Positions 10,463-16,856 are shown, counted from the stretch's first letter. The stretch is 24,000 nucleotides of DNA from Citrobacter braakii (GCF_002075345.1 NZ_NAEW01000011.1:18580-42579); one strand, 5' to 3'. The notes: generated by a model not told the origin, from the sequence alone. Made by a program: numbers and translations.

Positions 10463-10496
10463 CTCCGTTAAAAACTGTTTGATTTGATTTTAACGG
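10463..10496 (-). promoter_or_regulatory. Perfect 9-bp inverted repeat overlapping the frvA Shine-Dalgarno sequence (operator or 5'-UTR hairpin candidate)
   Basis: CCGTTAAAA (10465-10473), then N14, then TTTTAACGG (10488-10496). On the minus strand the proximal arm runs into GGAG (10466-10463), 7 nt upstream of the frvA ATG. Confidence 0.4.
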
Positions 10497-10637
10497 TGAG
10501 ATGGTGAAGAGATGAGCAGCAATATGCCAGCGGGAAGTGACAATTTGAGGCAGAGTTAGCGCCTGGTTTTGTGGGGTAAAACACATAACGCTACAGGTGA
10601 TTACCCTGATGAATATTGCGCCAGGGTAATTATATTC

Positions 10638-10961
10638 TTAGTGTATACCCACCATTCGTAACAGCGCGGTTACCACCGCAGCGGCAACGATCACCACGAT
10701 CAGCGGCATCTTACGCCAGGCGAGAAATACCGCAAAAGCCACGCCGAGTACGCGCGCCATCCCGGCAAAGTGTTCGCCCTCGTAAAAGGTGGTCGCCAGC
10801 GCAACGGAGAACAGTAATACCGTTGCGGCGTCGGAAAGCAGCGCCTGCGAGCGTTCTGAGAACGCTAAACGGCTTCCAAGCTTGGCTCCCCCTAAACGCA
10901 TTAAATACGTTCCCAGAGATAACATGGCGATACCGACGATAAACAGCGTCATGTTGCCCAT
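10638..10961 (-). CDS. AzlD-family small membrane protein (branched-chain amino acid exporter small subunit)
   Basis: 107-aa hydrophobic ORF (MTLFIVGIAMLSLGTYLMRLGG...) with about 4 TM segments. It is translationally coupled to the upstream azlC-like gene (TAATG overlap at 10959-10963). Confidence 0.8.
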   Translation of the reverse strand: MGNMTLFIVGIAMLSLGTYLMRLGGAKLGSRLAFSERSQALLSDAATVLLFSVALATTFYEGEHFAGMARVLGVAFAVFLAWRKMPLIVVIVAAAVVTALLRMVGIH

Positions 10962-11620
10962 TATTTTTTCCTCGTCAGTAAGCCAAAGAGTGAGAGCAAA
11001 ACCGGTAAACCGACCGGCGCAAAGGGAATGGCGGCAAGCGACAACGTGGCGCCGCTACAGGCACGAATCAGCGTAGTGCGGTTTTTGAATGCCGGGACGA
11101 CCAGAGCCAGCAGAATGGCAGGGAAGACGGCATCCAGACCGATGGTTTCCGGGGCAGGGAGCAGTTTGCCGACGCCTGCGCCGATCAGGGTGCCAACAGG
11201 CCAGAAAATTGCGACGCCCAGACCGCACAGCCAGTAGGCGGCTTTACGTTGCTCAGGCGTTTTTTGCGACAGGCCAAAGACCACGCTTTCGTCGTTCATA
11301 ATATGACAGCCGAGGAAACTGGCAGCCCGGGTGCCTACCAAATCGCGCACGGTGACGCCGAACGGCACGTGTCGGGCGTTAACCAGTAAACCCGCAGCCG
11401 CAGCCGCCAGTGGATTACCACCGCTGGCGATAATGCCGATAAACATAAACTCGGACGCGCCCGCCAGCACAGTAATAGAGAGTACAAACGGTACCCACAG
11501 CGGGAAGCCGTACGCCATCGCCAGCGAGCCGTATGACATGCCGACTACACCGACGGCCAGACAGACTAAAAATATTGCTTTTATCGTGTCGCCTTTGAGA
11601 CTGGAAAAATAATGTTTCAT
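10961..11620 (-). CDS. AzlC-family membrane protein (branched-chain amino acid exporter large subunit, YgaZ-like)
   Basis: 219-aa polytopic ORF. The motifs ...LAGASEFMFIGIIASGG... and LLVNARHVPFG are typical of the AzlC/YgaZ family. It is paired with the AzlD-like ORF. Confidence 0.8.
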   Translation of the reverse strand: MKHYFSSLKGDTIKAIFLVCLAVGVVGMSYGSLAMAYGFPLWVPFVLSITVLAGASEFMFIGIIASGGNPLAAAAAGLLVNARHVPFGVTVRDLVGTRAASFLGCHIMNDESVVFGLSQKTPEQRKAAYWLCGLGVAIFWPVGTLIGAGVGKLLPAPETIGLDAVFPAILLALVVPAFKNRTTLIRACSGATLSLAAIPFAPVGLPVLLSLFGLLTRKK

Positions 11621-11633
11621 ACCGTTTTAGCCA

Positions 11634-11702
11634 TATCGAACGAGTTTCCATTATAATGAACGCGACCAATTGGCTTTACAAGTCGAACAATTCGTTCGAT
11701 AT
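11634..11702. promoter_or_regulatory. Divergent azlC / XRE-regulator control region with repeated TCGAAC half-sites (operator candidate)
   Basis: ATATCGAACG (11634-11643) is the exact reverse complement of CGTTCGATAT (11693-11702). The distal copy belongs to the local palindrome TCGAAC-AATTC-GTTCGA (11683-11699). A TATAAT-like hexamer (ttataat, 11651-11657) lies between the two. Confidence 0.45.
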
Positions 11703-11721
11703 AAAAAACATGGAGTCGTGA

Positions 11722-12270
11722 ATGACCCAGCCCATCAGTATGATCGCGAAAAGTCTGGTGCGTGAACGTCAGCGCACCGGTTTGTCGCTGGCGGAGATTG
11801 CCCGTCGCGCGGGGATTGCAAAATCGACACTCTCGCAATTGGAAGCGGGCAATGGAAATCCTAGCCTGGAAACGCTCTGGTCGCTGTGTGTGGCGTTAGA
11901 TATTCCCTTTGCGCGCCTGCTGGAACCGCAGGAGCAAAAAACGCAGGTGATTCGCCGCGGCGAAGGGACAAAAGTCGTGGCTGAGCAGGCCCACTATCAG
12001 GCCATTTTACTGGCCGCCTGCCCACCAGGCGCGCGGCGGGATATCTATCTGCTGCTGACGCAGCCGGGCGCGGATCGTATTTCACAACCGCATCCACCGG
12101 GATCGGTTGAACATATTATCGTAACGCAGGGTAAGGCGATGGTGGGATTGACGGAAGCGCCGGAGGAGTTAGGTGAGGGCGATTATATTTGTTACCCTGC
12201 CGATCAAGCGCATATCTTTAAAGCACTGGAGCCTGACACTCAGGCGATTCTGGTTTCTGAGCAGAGTTAA
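11722..12270 (+). CDS. XRE-family HTH transcriptional regulator with a C-terminal cupin domain (PuuR/SutR-like architecture)
   Basis: 182 aa. The N-terminal HTH_3 region is LVRERQRTGLSLAEIARRAGIAKSTLSQLEAGNGNPSLETLWSLCVALDIP. The C-terminal cupin-like region is ...HPPGSVEHIIVTQGKAMVGL...GDYICYPADQAHIF. GGAG lies 6 nt upstream of the ATG. The gene is divergent from azlCD. Confidence 0.8.
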   Translation: MTQPISMIAKSLVRERQRTGLSLAEIARRAGIAKSTLSQLEAGNGNPSLETLWSLCVALDIPFARLLEPQEQKTQVIRRGEGTKVVAEQAHYQAILLAACPPGARRDIYLLLTQPGADRISQPHPPGSVEHIIVTQGKAMVGLTEAPEELGEGDYICYPADQAHIFKALEPDTQAILVSEQS

Positions 12271-12287
12271 TTGAACGCTTATTAAAT

Positions 12288-12326
12288 AAAGGCGCGGCGA
12301 TTGTCGTTCGCGCCTTTATTATTTTT
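12288..12326 (+). terminator. Rho-independent terminator after the XRE-cupin regulator
   Basis: AAAGGCGCG / CGCGCCTTT 9-bp stem with a 12-nt loop, followed by the T-rich run ATTATTTTT. Confidence 0.75.
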
Positions 12327-12546
12327 AATTATATTTTATTGTTATTTATATAAAATTGTTTTTATTATTTTTCGTTAATTTCAGCACTATTGTTATATCC
12401 CTCACATTCTTAATTATATCTACGTTACACATAATAAAATCAGTATAATAATAAATATTAGCCTGCACTGGTGCCACGTTTTAATGTTCTGAGTTTATTT
12501 CAGTCATCGGTATCGTATTACCTATAAAAATATTTTTTGGATTTGC
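12327..12546 (+). promoter_or_regulatory. Extremely AT-rich upstream region of the porin gene (probable curved or H-NS-type silenced promoter region)
   Basis: Hand count gives about 60 G+C in 12301-12540 (roughly 25%) and about 16% in the 12321-12460 core. Flanking genes are above 50% GC by eye. TTATTATTTTT occurs twice (around 12317 and around 12364), and there are multiple TATAAT-like hexamers. Confidence 0.5.
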
Positions 12547-12606
12547 ATGTTGCGCGTCTTCCGGTCGGAAGACGTTGGACGATCTTTATTTCAAGGAAAG
12601 CAAATA

Positions 12607-14007
12607 ATGAAGAAATCGACGTTAGCTTTAGCAATAGGTCTATTATTAGTGGCAAATAATGGCTTTGCTAAAACGCAAAAAATGACTCTGGAACAGCGGC
12701 TCGAACAGCTGGAGGCTCGGCTGGAAGCTGCGGAAAACCGCGCGGCAAAAGCGGAAAATCAGGTGCAGCAATTGCAGGTACAGCAGGCTGCGGAGATCCA
12801 GGAAATTAAAGTTGCTCAGGGGAATACGCCAGTCAACGGCACTACGCCCGCGCAAGAGACCAAAAAGAACGCCACCACCCCTAACCTGGTGCTCTCCGGC
12901 TATGGCGATCTGAAAATCTACGGCGACGTGGAATTCAACATGGATGCGGAAAGCAACAAAGGCGTGCTGGCGGCAACCAATTCGAATGTGGGCGACCCAA
13001 CCAATGAACGCTGGGATCTGAACGGACGTATCCTGCTGGGCTTTGACGGTATGCGTAAGCTGGATAACGGCTATTTCGCCGGTTTTTCAGCGCAACCGCT
13101 GGCTGACATGACGGGTTCGGTCAATCTTGATGACGCCGCTTTCTTCTTCGGTCAGGAAAATGACTGGAAAGTAAAAGTCGGTCGTTTCGAAGCTTACGAT
13201 ATGTTCCCGCTGAATCAGGATACCTTTGTTGAGCATTCAGGGCATACCGCCAACGATTTGTATGATGACGGTAGCGGCTATATCTACATGATGAAAGAAG
13301 GTCGTGGCCGTTCAGATTCCGGCGGCAGCTTCCTGATGAGCAAACAGCTCGATAACTGGTATTTCGAGTTAAATACCCTGCTGGAAGATGGTACCTCGCT
13401 TTATCAGGATAGCCGCTATCATGGTCGTGAAATGTCGCAGGAGAAAAACGTGGCTTATCTGCGCCCGGTCGTAGCCTGGACGCCGGTGGATGCGCTGACG
13501 ATTTCTGCGGCCATGGAATCGAACGTTATCAATAACGCCTATGGATATACCGATCCGCTATCAGGCAAGTTTGTCGATCAGTCCGATCGTACCGGTTACG
13601 GTATGACGATGACCTGGAACGGTCTGAAAGCCGATCCGGAAAATGGCCTGGTGTTTAACCTGAACACCGCTTATCTCGATGCGGATAACGAAAAAGATTT
13701 TACGGCGGCGGCCAACGCTCTGTGGAAGCGCTTTGAACTGGGCTATATCTATGCTCATAACAAGATCGACGAATTTAACGGTCTGATCGATCACGATGAT
13801 AATGACTGGTTCTACAATGAGGGCACTTACGATATTCATACCATTCACGCGTCTTATTTAATTCCGAACGTGATGGATATGCAGAACTTTAATATTTATC
13901 TCGGCGCTTATTATTCGATGATTAACAGCGATAACAGCAATCCGGAGAATTATACCGACGACGACGACCGTTACGGCGCGCGTCTCCGTTTCAAATACTT
14001 CTTCTGA
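12607..14007 (+). CDS. Outer-membrane beta-barrel porin with an N-terminal coiled-coil extension (ScrY/BglH-style carbohydrate-porin candidate)
   Basis: I moved the start to the internal ATG at 12607, with AAGGA 9 nt upstream. This gives the signal peptide MKKSTLALAIGLLLVANNGFA|KTQ. A heptad-like coiled coil follows: TLEQRLEQLEARLEAAENRAAKAENQVQQLQVQQAAEIQEIK. Next come a P/T-rich linker and alternating beta-strand-like sequence. The C-terminal OMP signature is ...GARLRFKYFF. Total length is 466 aa. Confidence 0.65.
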   Translation: MKKSTLALAIGLLLVANNGFAKTQKMTLEQRLEQLEARLEAAENRAAKAENQVQQLQVQQAAEIQEIKVAQGNTPVNGTTPAQETKKNATTPNLVLSGYGDLKIYGDVEFNMDAESNKGVLAATNSNVGDPTNERWDLNGRILLGFDGMRKLDNGYFAGFSAQPLADMTGSVNLDDAAFFFGQENDWKVKVGRFEAYDMFPLNQDTFVEHSGHTANDLYDDGSGYIYMMKEGRGRSDSGGSFLMSKQLDNWYFELNTLLEDGTSLYQDSRYHGREMSQEKNVAYLRPVVAWTPVDALTISAAMESNVINNAYGYTDPLSGKFVDQSDRTGYGMTMTWNGLKADPENGLVFNLNTAYLDADNEKDFTAAANALWKRFELGYIYAHNKIDEFNGLIDHDDNDWFYNEGTYDIHTIHASYLIPNVMDMQNFNIYLGAYYSMINSDNSNPENYTDDDDRYGARLRFKYFF

Positions 14008-14021
14008 TTTTCCGTTCTCAG

Positions 14022-14046
14022 GCGCCTGGATTCAGGCGCTTTTTTC
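14022..14046 (+). terminator. Rho-independent terminator after the porin gene
   Basis: GCGCCTG / CAGGCGC stem with loop GATT, followed by TTTTTTC. Confidence 0.8.
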
Positions 14047-14068
14047 TTAGAGCCTGGTCATCAGGCTT

Positions 14069-14278
14069 TTATTTTCCCACCCAGTTATTTTTGATTTTGA
14101 ACTTGTCGGCGCGGTTGTAGCTACACGAGTAGTTAAATGCCGTCCCGTCTTCCAGTTTGGTGACGCCCGGAGACTTTCAGCATCGGTATGCCTGAGCAGG
14201 TGCCGGGTTGTGGGGAAAAGGCGTGGATGACAAAACGAACGCAATGCTGCTGACGGGAGAAAAAGGTTTCCTCCCCCG
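14069..14278 (-). pseudogene. Degraded small secreted-protein ORF (no start codon, one in-frame TGA)
   Basis: A single minus-strand frame reads RGRKPFSPVSSIAFVLSSTPFPHNPAPAQA|YRC-TGA(14179-14177)-KSPGVTKLEDGTAFNYSCSYNRADKFKIKNNWVGK-TAA(14071-14069). It has a signal-peptide-like N-terminus with an AQA cleavage motif. There is no ATG or GTG upstream of the TGA. Confidence 0.25.
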
Positions 14279-14291
14279 TCAGGGGAGGAAA
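14255..14291 (-). terminator. Rho-independent terminator after rhaM
   Basis: Minus strand TTTCCTCCCC-TGACG-GGGGAGGAAA (10-bp stem, 14291-14267), followed by CCTTTTTCT. Confidence 0.7.
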
Positions 14292-14299
14292 CAGAGCGT

Positions 14300-14614
14300 T
14301 TAAGGCAGATAAAACACTTCTTTTAGCTCAGCGCTGACCGGGCTGTTGTCCAGGTTTGCCGGCATTACATCACGCATATGCTTCCACCAACGCTGGCAAA
14401 CATCGGTGCTGGCAACGGCGTTCCAGCGCTCTTCTGACTCAATCTCGACGGTGGCGAACAGCAGGTTGCGTTCCTGATCGAGATAAATCGCGTAGTGATG
14501 GGCACCGTGCTCTTTCAGCACCGCTTCCAGTTCTGGCCAGATGGGATTGTGCCGACGTTGATACTCAACGTGCGCGTCGGCATTCACCTGCATCACAAAG
14601 GCCTTGCGGATCAT
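14300..14614 (-). CDS. rhaM: L-rhamnose mutarotase
   Basis: 104 aa. [42 protein letters not shown]...[28 protein letters not shown] is essentially the E. coli RhaM (YiiL) sequence. Confidence 0.93.
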   Translation of the reverse strand: MIRKAFVMQVNADAHVEYQRRHNPIWPELEAVLKEHGAHHYAIYLDQERNLLFATVEIESEERWNAVASTDVCQRWWKHMRDVMPANLDNSPVSAELKEVFYLP

Positions 14615-15759
14615 AACGCCTCCAGATACAGCTCGCGGACTTCGTCGCGGCTGGCGGTGCGTGGGTTACACGGCGCGCATGGATCGGCCAACGCTTTATC
14701 CAGCCAGCCTTCAATATCCTCTTTCGTCACGCCAAGGGAACTAAAACCAGCCGGAATACCTACACGCTTGCTCAGGGCACGAATCGCGGTGATGGCCTCC
14801 ATGCTTGCCGCTTCGTCGCTCATCCCGCGGGTGTCCACTCCCATCGCCTGCGCCACTCGGGCAAAACGCGCCACGGCGTTAGGGCGGTTAAAGTTTTCGA
14901 TGATCGGCAGCAGGATAGCATTGCAGACGCCGTGCGGCAGGTTGTGGGTCGCGCCTGGCTGGTGTGCCAGCGCATGCACCAGACCCAGACCAGCACTGTT
15001 GAATGCCATACCCGCCAGATACTGACCAAACGCCATTTGTTCGCGGGCTTCGAGGTTATGACCATCGTCGACCGCTTTCGGCAGCCACAGGTTGATCAGG
15101 CGAATCGCTTCCAGGGCGTTGGCGTCGGTGAGCGGATGTGCGCCAACGGAAACATAGGCTTCCACCGCGTGAGTCAGGGCGTCCATGCCGGTTGCGGCGG
15201 TAACGGAGGCTGGGATTTCCAGCATCACGCTGGCGTCATCCACGGCGATATCCGGGATGATGTTCGGGTCGATGATCACCTCTTTGACCTTGCGGGCAGA
15301 GTCGATAATGACCGCGTTGCTGGTCATCTCTGCTGCTGTACCAGCAGTGGTATTGATGGCAACCAGCGGCACGCCCGCATTTTTCACTTTGCCCACGCCG
15401 GAGTAAGCGGTAGAAGGGCCAGGGTTGGCGGTCAGGATCTTCACCGCTTTGGCGGTATCGATCGGGCTGCCTCCGCCGAAGGCGATAATATAGTCACATT
15501 CTGCCCCCTGATATGCCGTAAAACCTTTCTGTACCAGCTCTTCTGTCGGATTCGGGAACACCTCATCAAACAGGTGGTAAGACATTTGATGTTCATCCAG
15601 TGCGGCAAAGAGGCTATCCAGCAGGCCCAGCTTCACCAGTTGACCATCGGTGACGATCAGCGCTTTGCCCCATTGTTTATTCGCCACGAGATTCACCATA
15701 TCGGCAATCGCGCCGGCGCCATGCAGGCTAATTTTTGGCAGTGCCAACATAAAGCTCAT
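14611..15759 (-). CDS. Iron-dependent (group III) alcohol dehydrogenase, FucO-like lactaldehyde reductase / 1,2-propanediol oxidoreductase
   Basis: Collinear with E. coli FucO along its full length ([48 protein letters not shown], ...PCNPR...). I chose the ATG at 15759, with AAGGAG 7 nt upstream; a GTG at 15762 is the track start. The stop overlaps the rhaM start (ATGA, 14611-14614). Confidence 0.85.
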   Translation of the reverse strand: MSFMLALPKISLHGAGAIADMVNLVANKQWGKALIVTDGQLVKLGLLDSLFAALDEHQMSYHLFDEVFPNPTEELVQKGFTAYQGAECDYIIAFGGGSPIDTAKAVKILTANPGPSTAYSGVGKVKNAGVPLVAINTTAGTAAEMTSNAVIIDSARKVKEVIIDPNIIPDIAVDDASVMLEIPASVTAATGMDALTHAVEAYVSVGAHPLTDANALEAIRLINLWLPKAVDDGHNLEAREQMAFGQYLAGMAFNSAGLGLVHALAHQPGATHNLPHGVCNAILLPIIENFNRPNAVARFARVAQAMGVDTRGMSDEAASMEAITAIRALSKRVGIPAGFSSLGVTKEDIEGWLDKALADPCAPCNPRTASRDEVRELYLEAL

Positions 15760-15788
15760 CACTATTCTCCTTAAAAAAAATCCCTGGT

Positions 15789-15869
15789 GCCCGATGGCAT
15801 TACGCTTATCGGGCCGACGGTGAAACGTGCATCGTCATGTAGGCCGGATAAAGCGAAGCCGCATCCGGC
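15789..15869. repeat. REP/BIME element (two REP units) between rhaD and the fucO-like gene
   Basis: GCCCGATGGCATTACGCTTATCGGGC (15789-15814) and GCCGGATAAAGCGAAGCCGCATCCGGC (15843-15869). The flanking TGTAGGCC motif matches the enterobacterial REP consensus. Confidence 0.8.
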
Positions 15870-15885
15870 GTTGAGTTGGCAGGTA

Positions 15886-16713
15886 TCAGTACAGCTCTAC
15901 GGCGCTTGCCAGCGGAGTCACGCCAAAGCGTTTAGCCAGTGCTACCAGCTCTTCACGCGTGATGGTCTGCTTCATACCGCCCATCGAATAGATTTTGACT
16001 AAAACTTCGGCGGATTTTTCTGCGGTATCTATCAAGCCAAATGCTTCGTCGAGGGAGGGGCCGCTGCCGAACACGCCGTGGAACGGCCACAGTACCAGCG
16101 AGTGTTTCTGCATTTCCTCGGCGGTTGCCTGGCCGATTTCATCCGTACCCGGCACCATCCACGGCAGAATGCCGACGCCATCCGGGAACACCACCAGACA
16201 CTCGGTGCTGCCTTCCCACAGTTTGCGGGTAATCAGCGGGGTGTTGTTTTCCAGCACGTAGGTCAGGGCGATCAGGTTGGTAGCATGGCAGTGCATGATC
16301 ACGCGGTCTTTGCCGTTCGTCGCTTTAATACGCTCGCAATGGGAGAGGAAGTGAGCCGGCAACTCGGAGGTTGGCACCGCTTCGTGGGTCAGGCCCCAAA
16401 GGATGTGGTAGCCCGCGCCGTCGCTGTCTACTTTCACCACGCCCAAATTTGCCGCGGGATCGAGCTGAACGTTACGGAAAAATTTACCAGAACCGGTGAC
16501 GATAAACGGCGTGTTCGCCAGCAAAGGCATTGGCTGACTTAGCGCGATATAGCGCGGTTTTTCGTGGAAATCGGCGCTAAATGGCGCAATGTCAGCCTCA
16601 TCCAGACGCAGCGTCAGGTTGCCGCCGTTACGTTCGTCCCAGCCTTTCAGCCACGCGTCGGAAGTGGCTTTGATCATCCCCTGGACGAACCAGGAATTAG
16701 TCATGTTTTGCAT
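15886..16713 (-). CDS. rhaD: Rhamnulose-1-phosphate aldolase
   Basis: 275-aa ORF, near-identical to E. coli RhaD ([35 protein letters not shown]...). Confidence 0.95.
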   Translation of the reverse strand: MQNMTNSWFVQGMIKATSDAWLKGWDERNGGNLTLRLDEADIAPFSADFHEKPRYIALSQPMPLLANTPFIVTGSGKFFRNVQLDPAANLGVVKVDSDGAGYHILWGLTHEAVPTSELPAHFLSHCERIKATNGKDRVIMHCHATNLIALTYVLENNTPLITRKLWEGSTECLVVFPDGVGILPWMVPGTDEIGQATAEEMQKHSLVLWPFHGVFGSGPSLDEAFGLIDTAEKSAEVLVKIYSMGGMKQTITREELVALAKRFGVTPLASAVELY

Positions 16714-16734
16714 ATTCGGTGATCCTGTTGATTG

Positions 16735-16845
16735 CCCGATCGTTATCGGGTCTTACGTAGGCCGGATAAGTGAAGATCCATCCGGCAATCGTGTTTCATT
16801 CATTGCCGGATAGCGACGTGGGGCGTCTTATCCGGCCTGTAAGCC
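16735..16845. repeat. REP/BIME cluster between rhaA and rhaD
   Basis: Three units are present. CCCGATCGTTATCGGG sits at 16735-16750. GTAGGCCGGATAAGTGAAGATCCATCCGGC ends at 16786. GCCGGATAGCGACGTGGGGCGTCTTATCCGGCCTG sits at 16805-16839. Confidence 0.8.
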
Positions 16846-16856
16846 TGGTGTCACGG

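Noticed and set aside
10561-10583. Possible direct repeat marking the island edges: GCCTGGTTTTGTGGGGTAAAA (left) versus GCCGGGTTGTGGGGAAAAG (14202-14220, right)
   Set aside because: Only the 8-mer TTGTGGGG is exact. A shared 8-mer between two intervals of about 200 bp is expected by chance at roughly even odds. There is no integrase or att-like context.
10616-10942. 108-aa plus-strand ORF (Arg/Pro-rich) and 10789..11076 / 11331..11612 plus-strand ORFs
   Set aside because: They are antisense to the azlD-like and azlC-like membrane genes. Their Arg/Pro/Ala-rich composition is the signature of reading a hydrophobic GC-rich gene backwards.
12547-12606. The track start of the porin ORF at 12547, giving a 486-aa version
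   Set aside because: It would put 20 charged residues in front of an otherwise canonical signal peptide. The internal ATG at 12607 has an AAGGA SD and gives a proper n-h-c signal. I kept the upstream ATG only as a leader curiosity.
14177-14179. In-frame TGA of the small ORF remnant as a second selenocysteine codon
   Set aside because: I could not find an fdhF/fdoG-like two-tier hairpin with a bulged U in the roughly 40 nt downstream. The ORF also lacks a start codon, so a simple nonsense lesion is far more likely.
14047-14244. 65-aa minus-strand ORF (MRSFCHPRLFPTTRHLLRHTD...)
   Set aside because: It starts at a TTG rather than an ATG, and its composition is Arg/Thr/His-rich and non-protein-like. 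A different frame in the same interval gives much more protein-like sequence, reported above as a possible pseudogene.
14932-15774. 280-aa plus-strand ORF antisense to the fucO-like gene. Similar long antisense ORFs occur at 381..977, 1392..2042, 2976..3467, 9117..9680, 14495..15025, 16078..16542 and 17151..17525.
   Set aside because: Each lies entirely inside a confidently identified gene on the opposite strand. The translations are Arg/Gly/His-rich and low-complexity, and no SD is present. These are typical shadow ORFs of GC-rich coding sequence.
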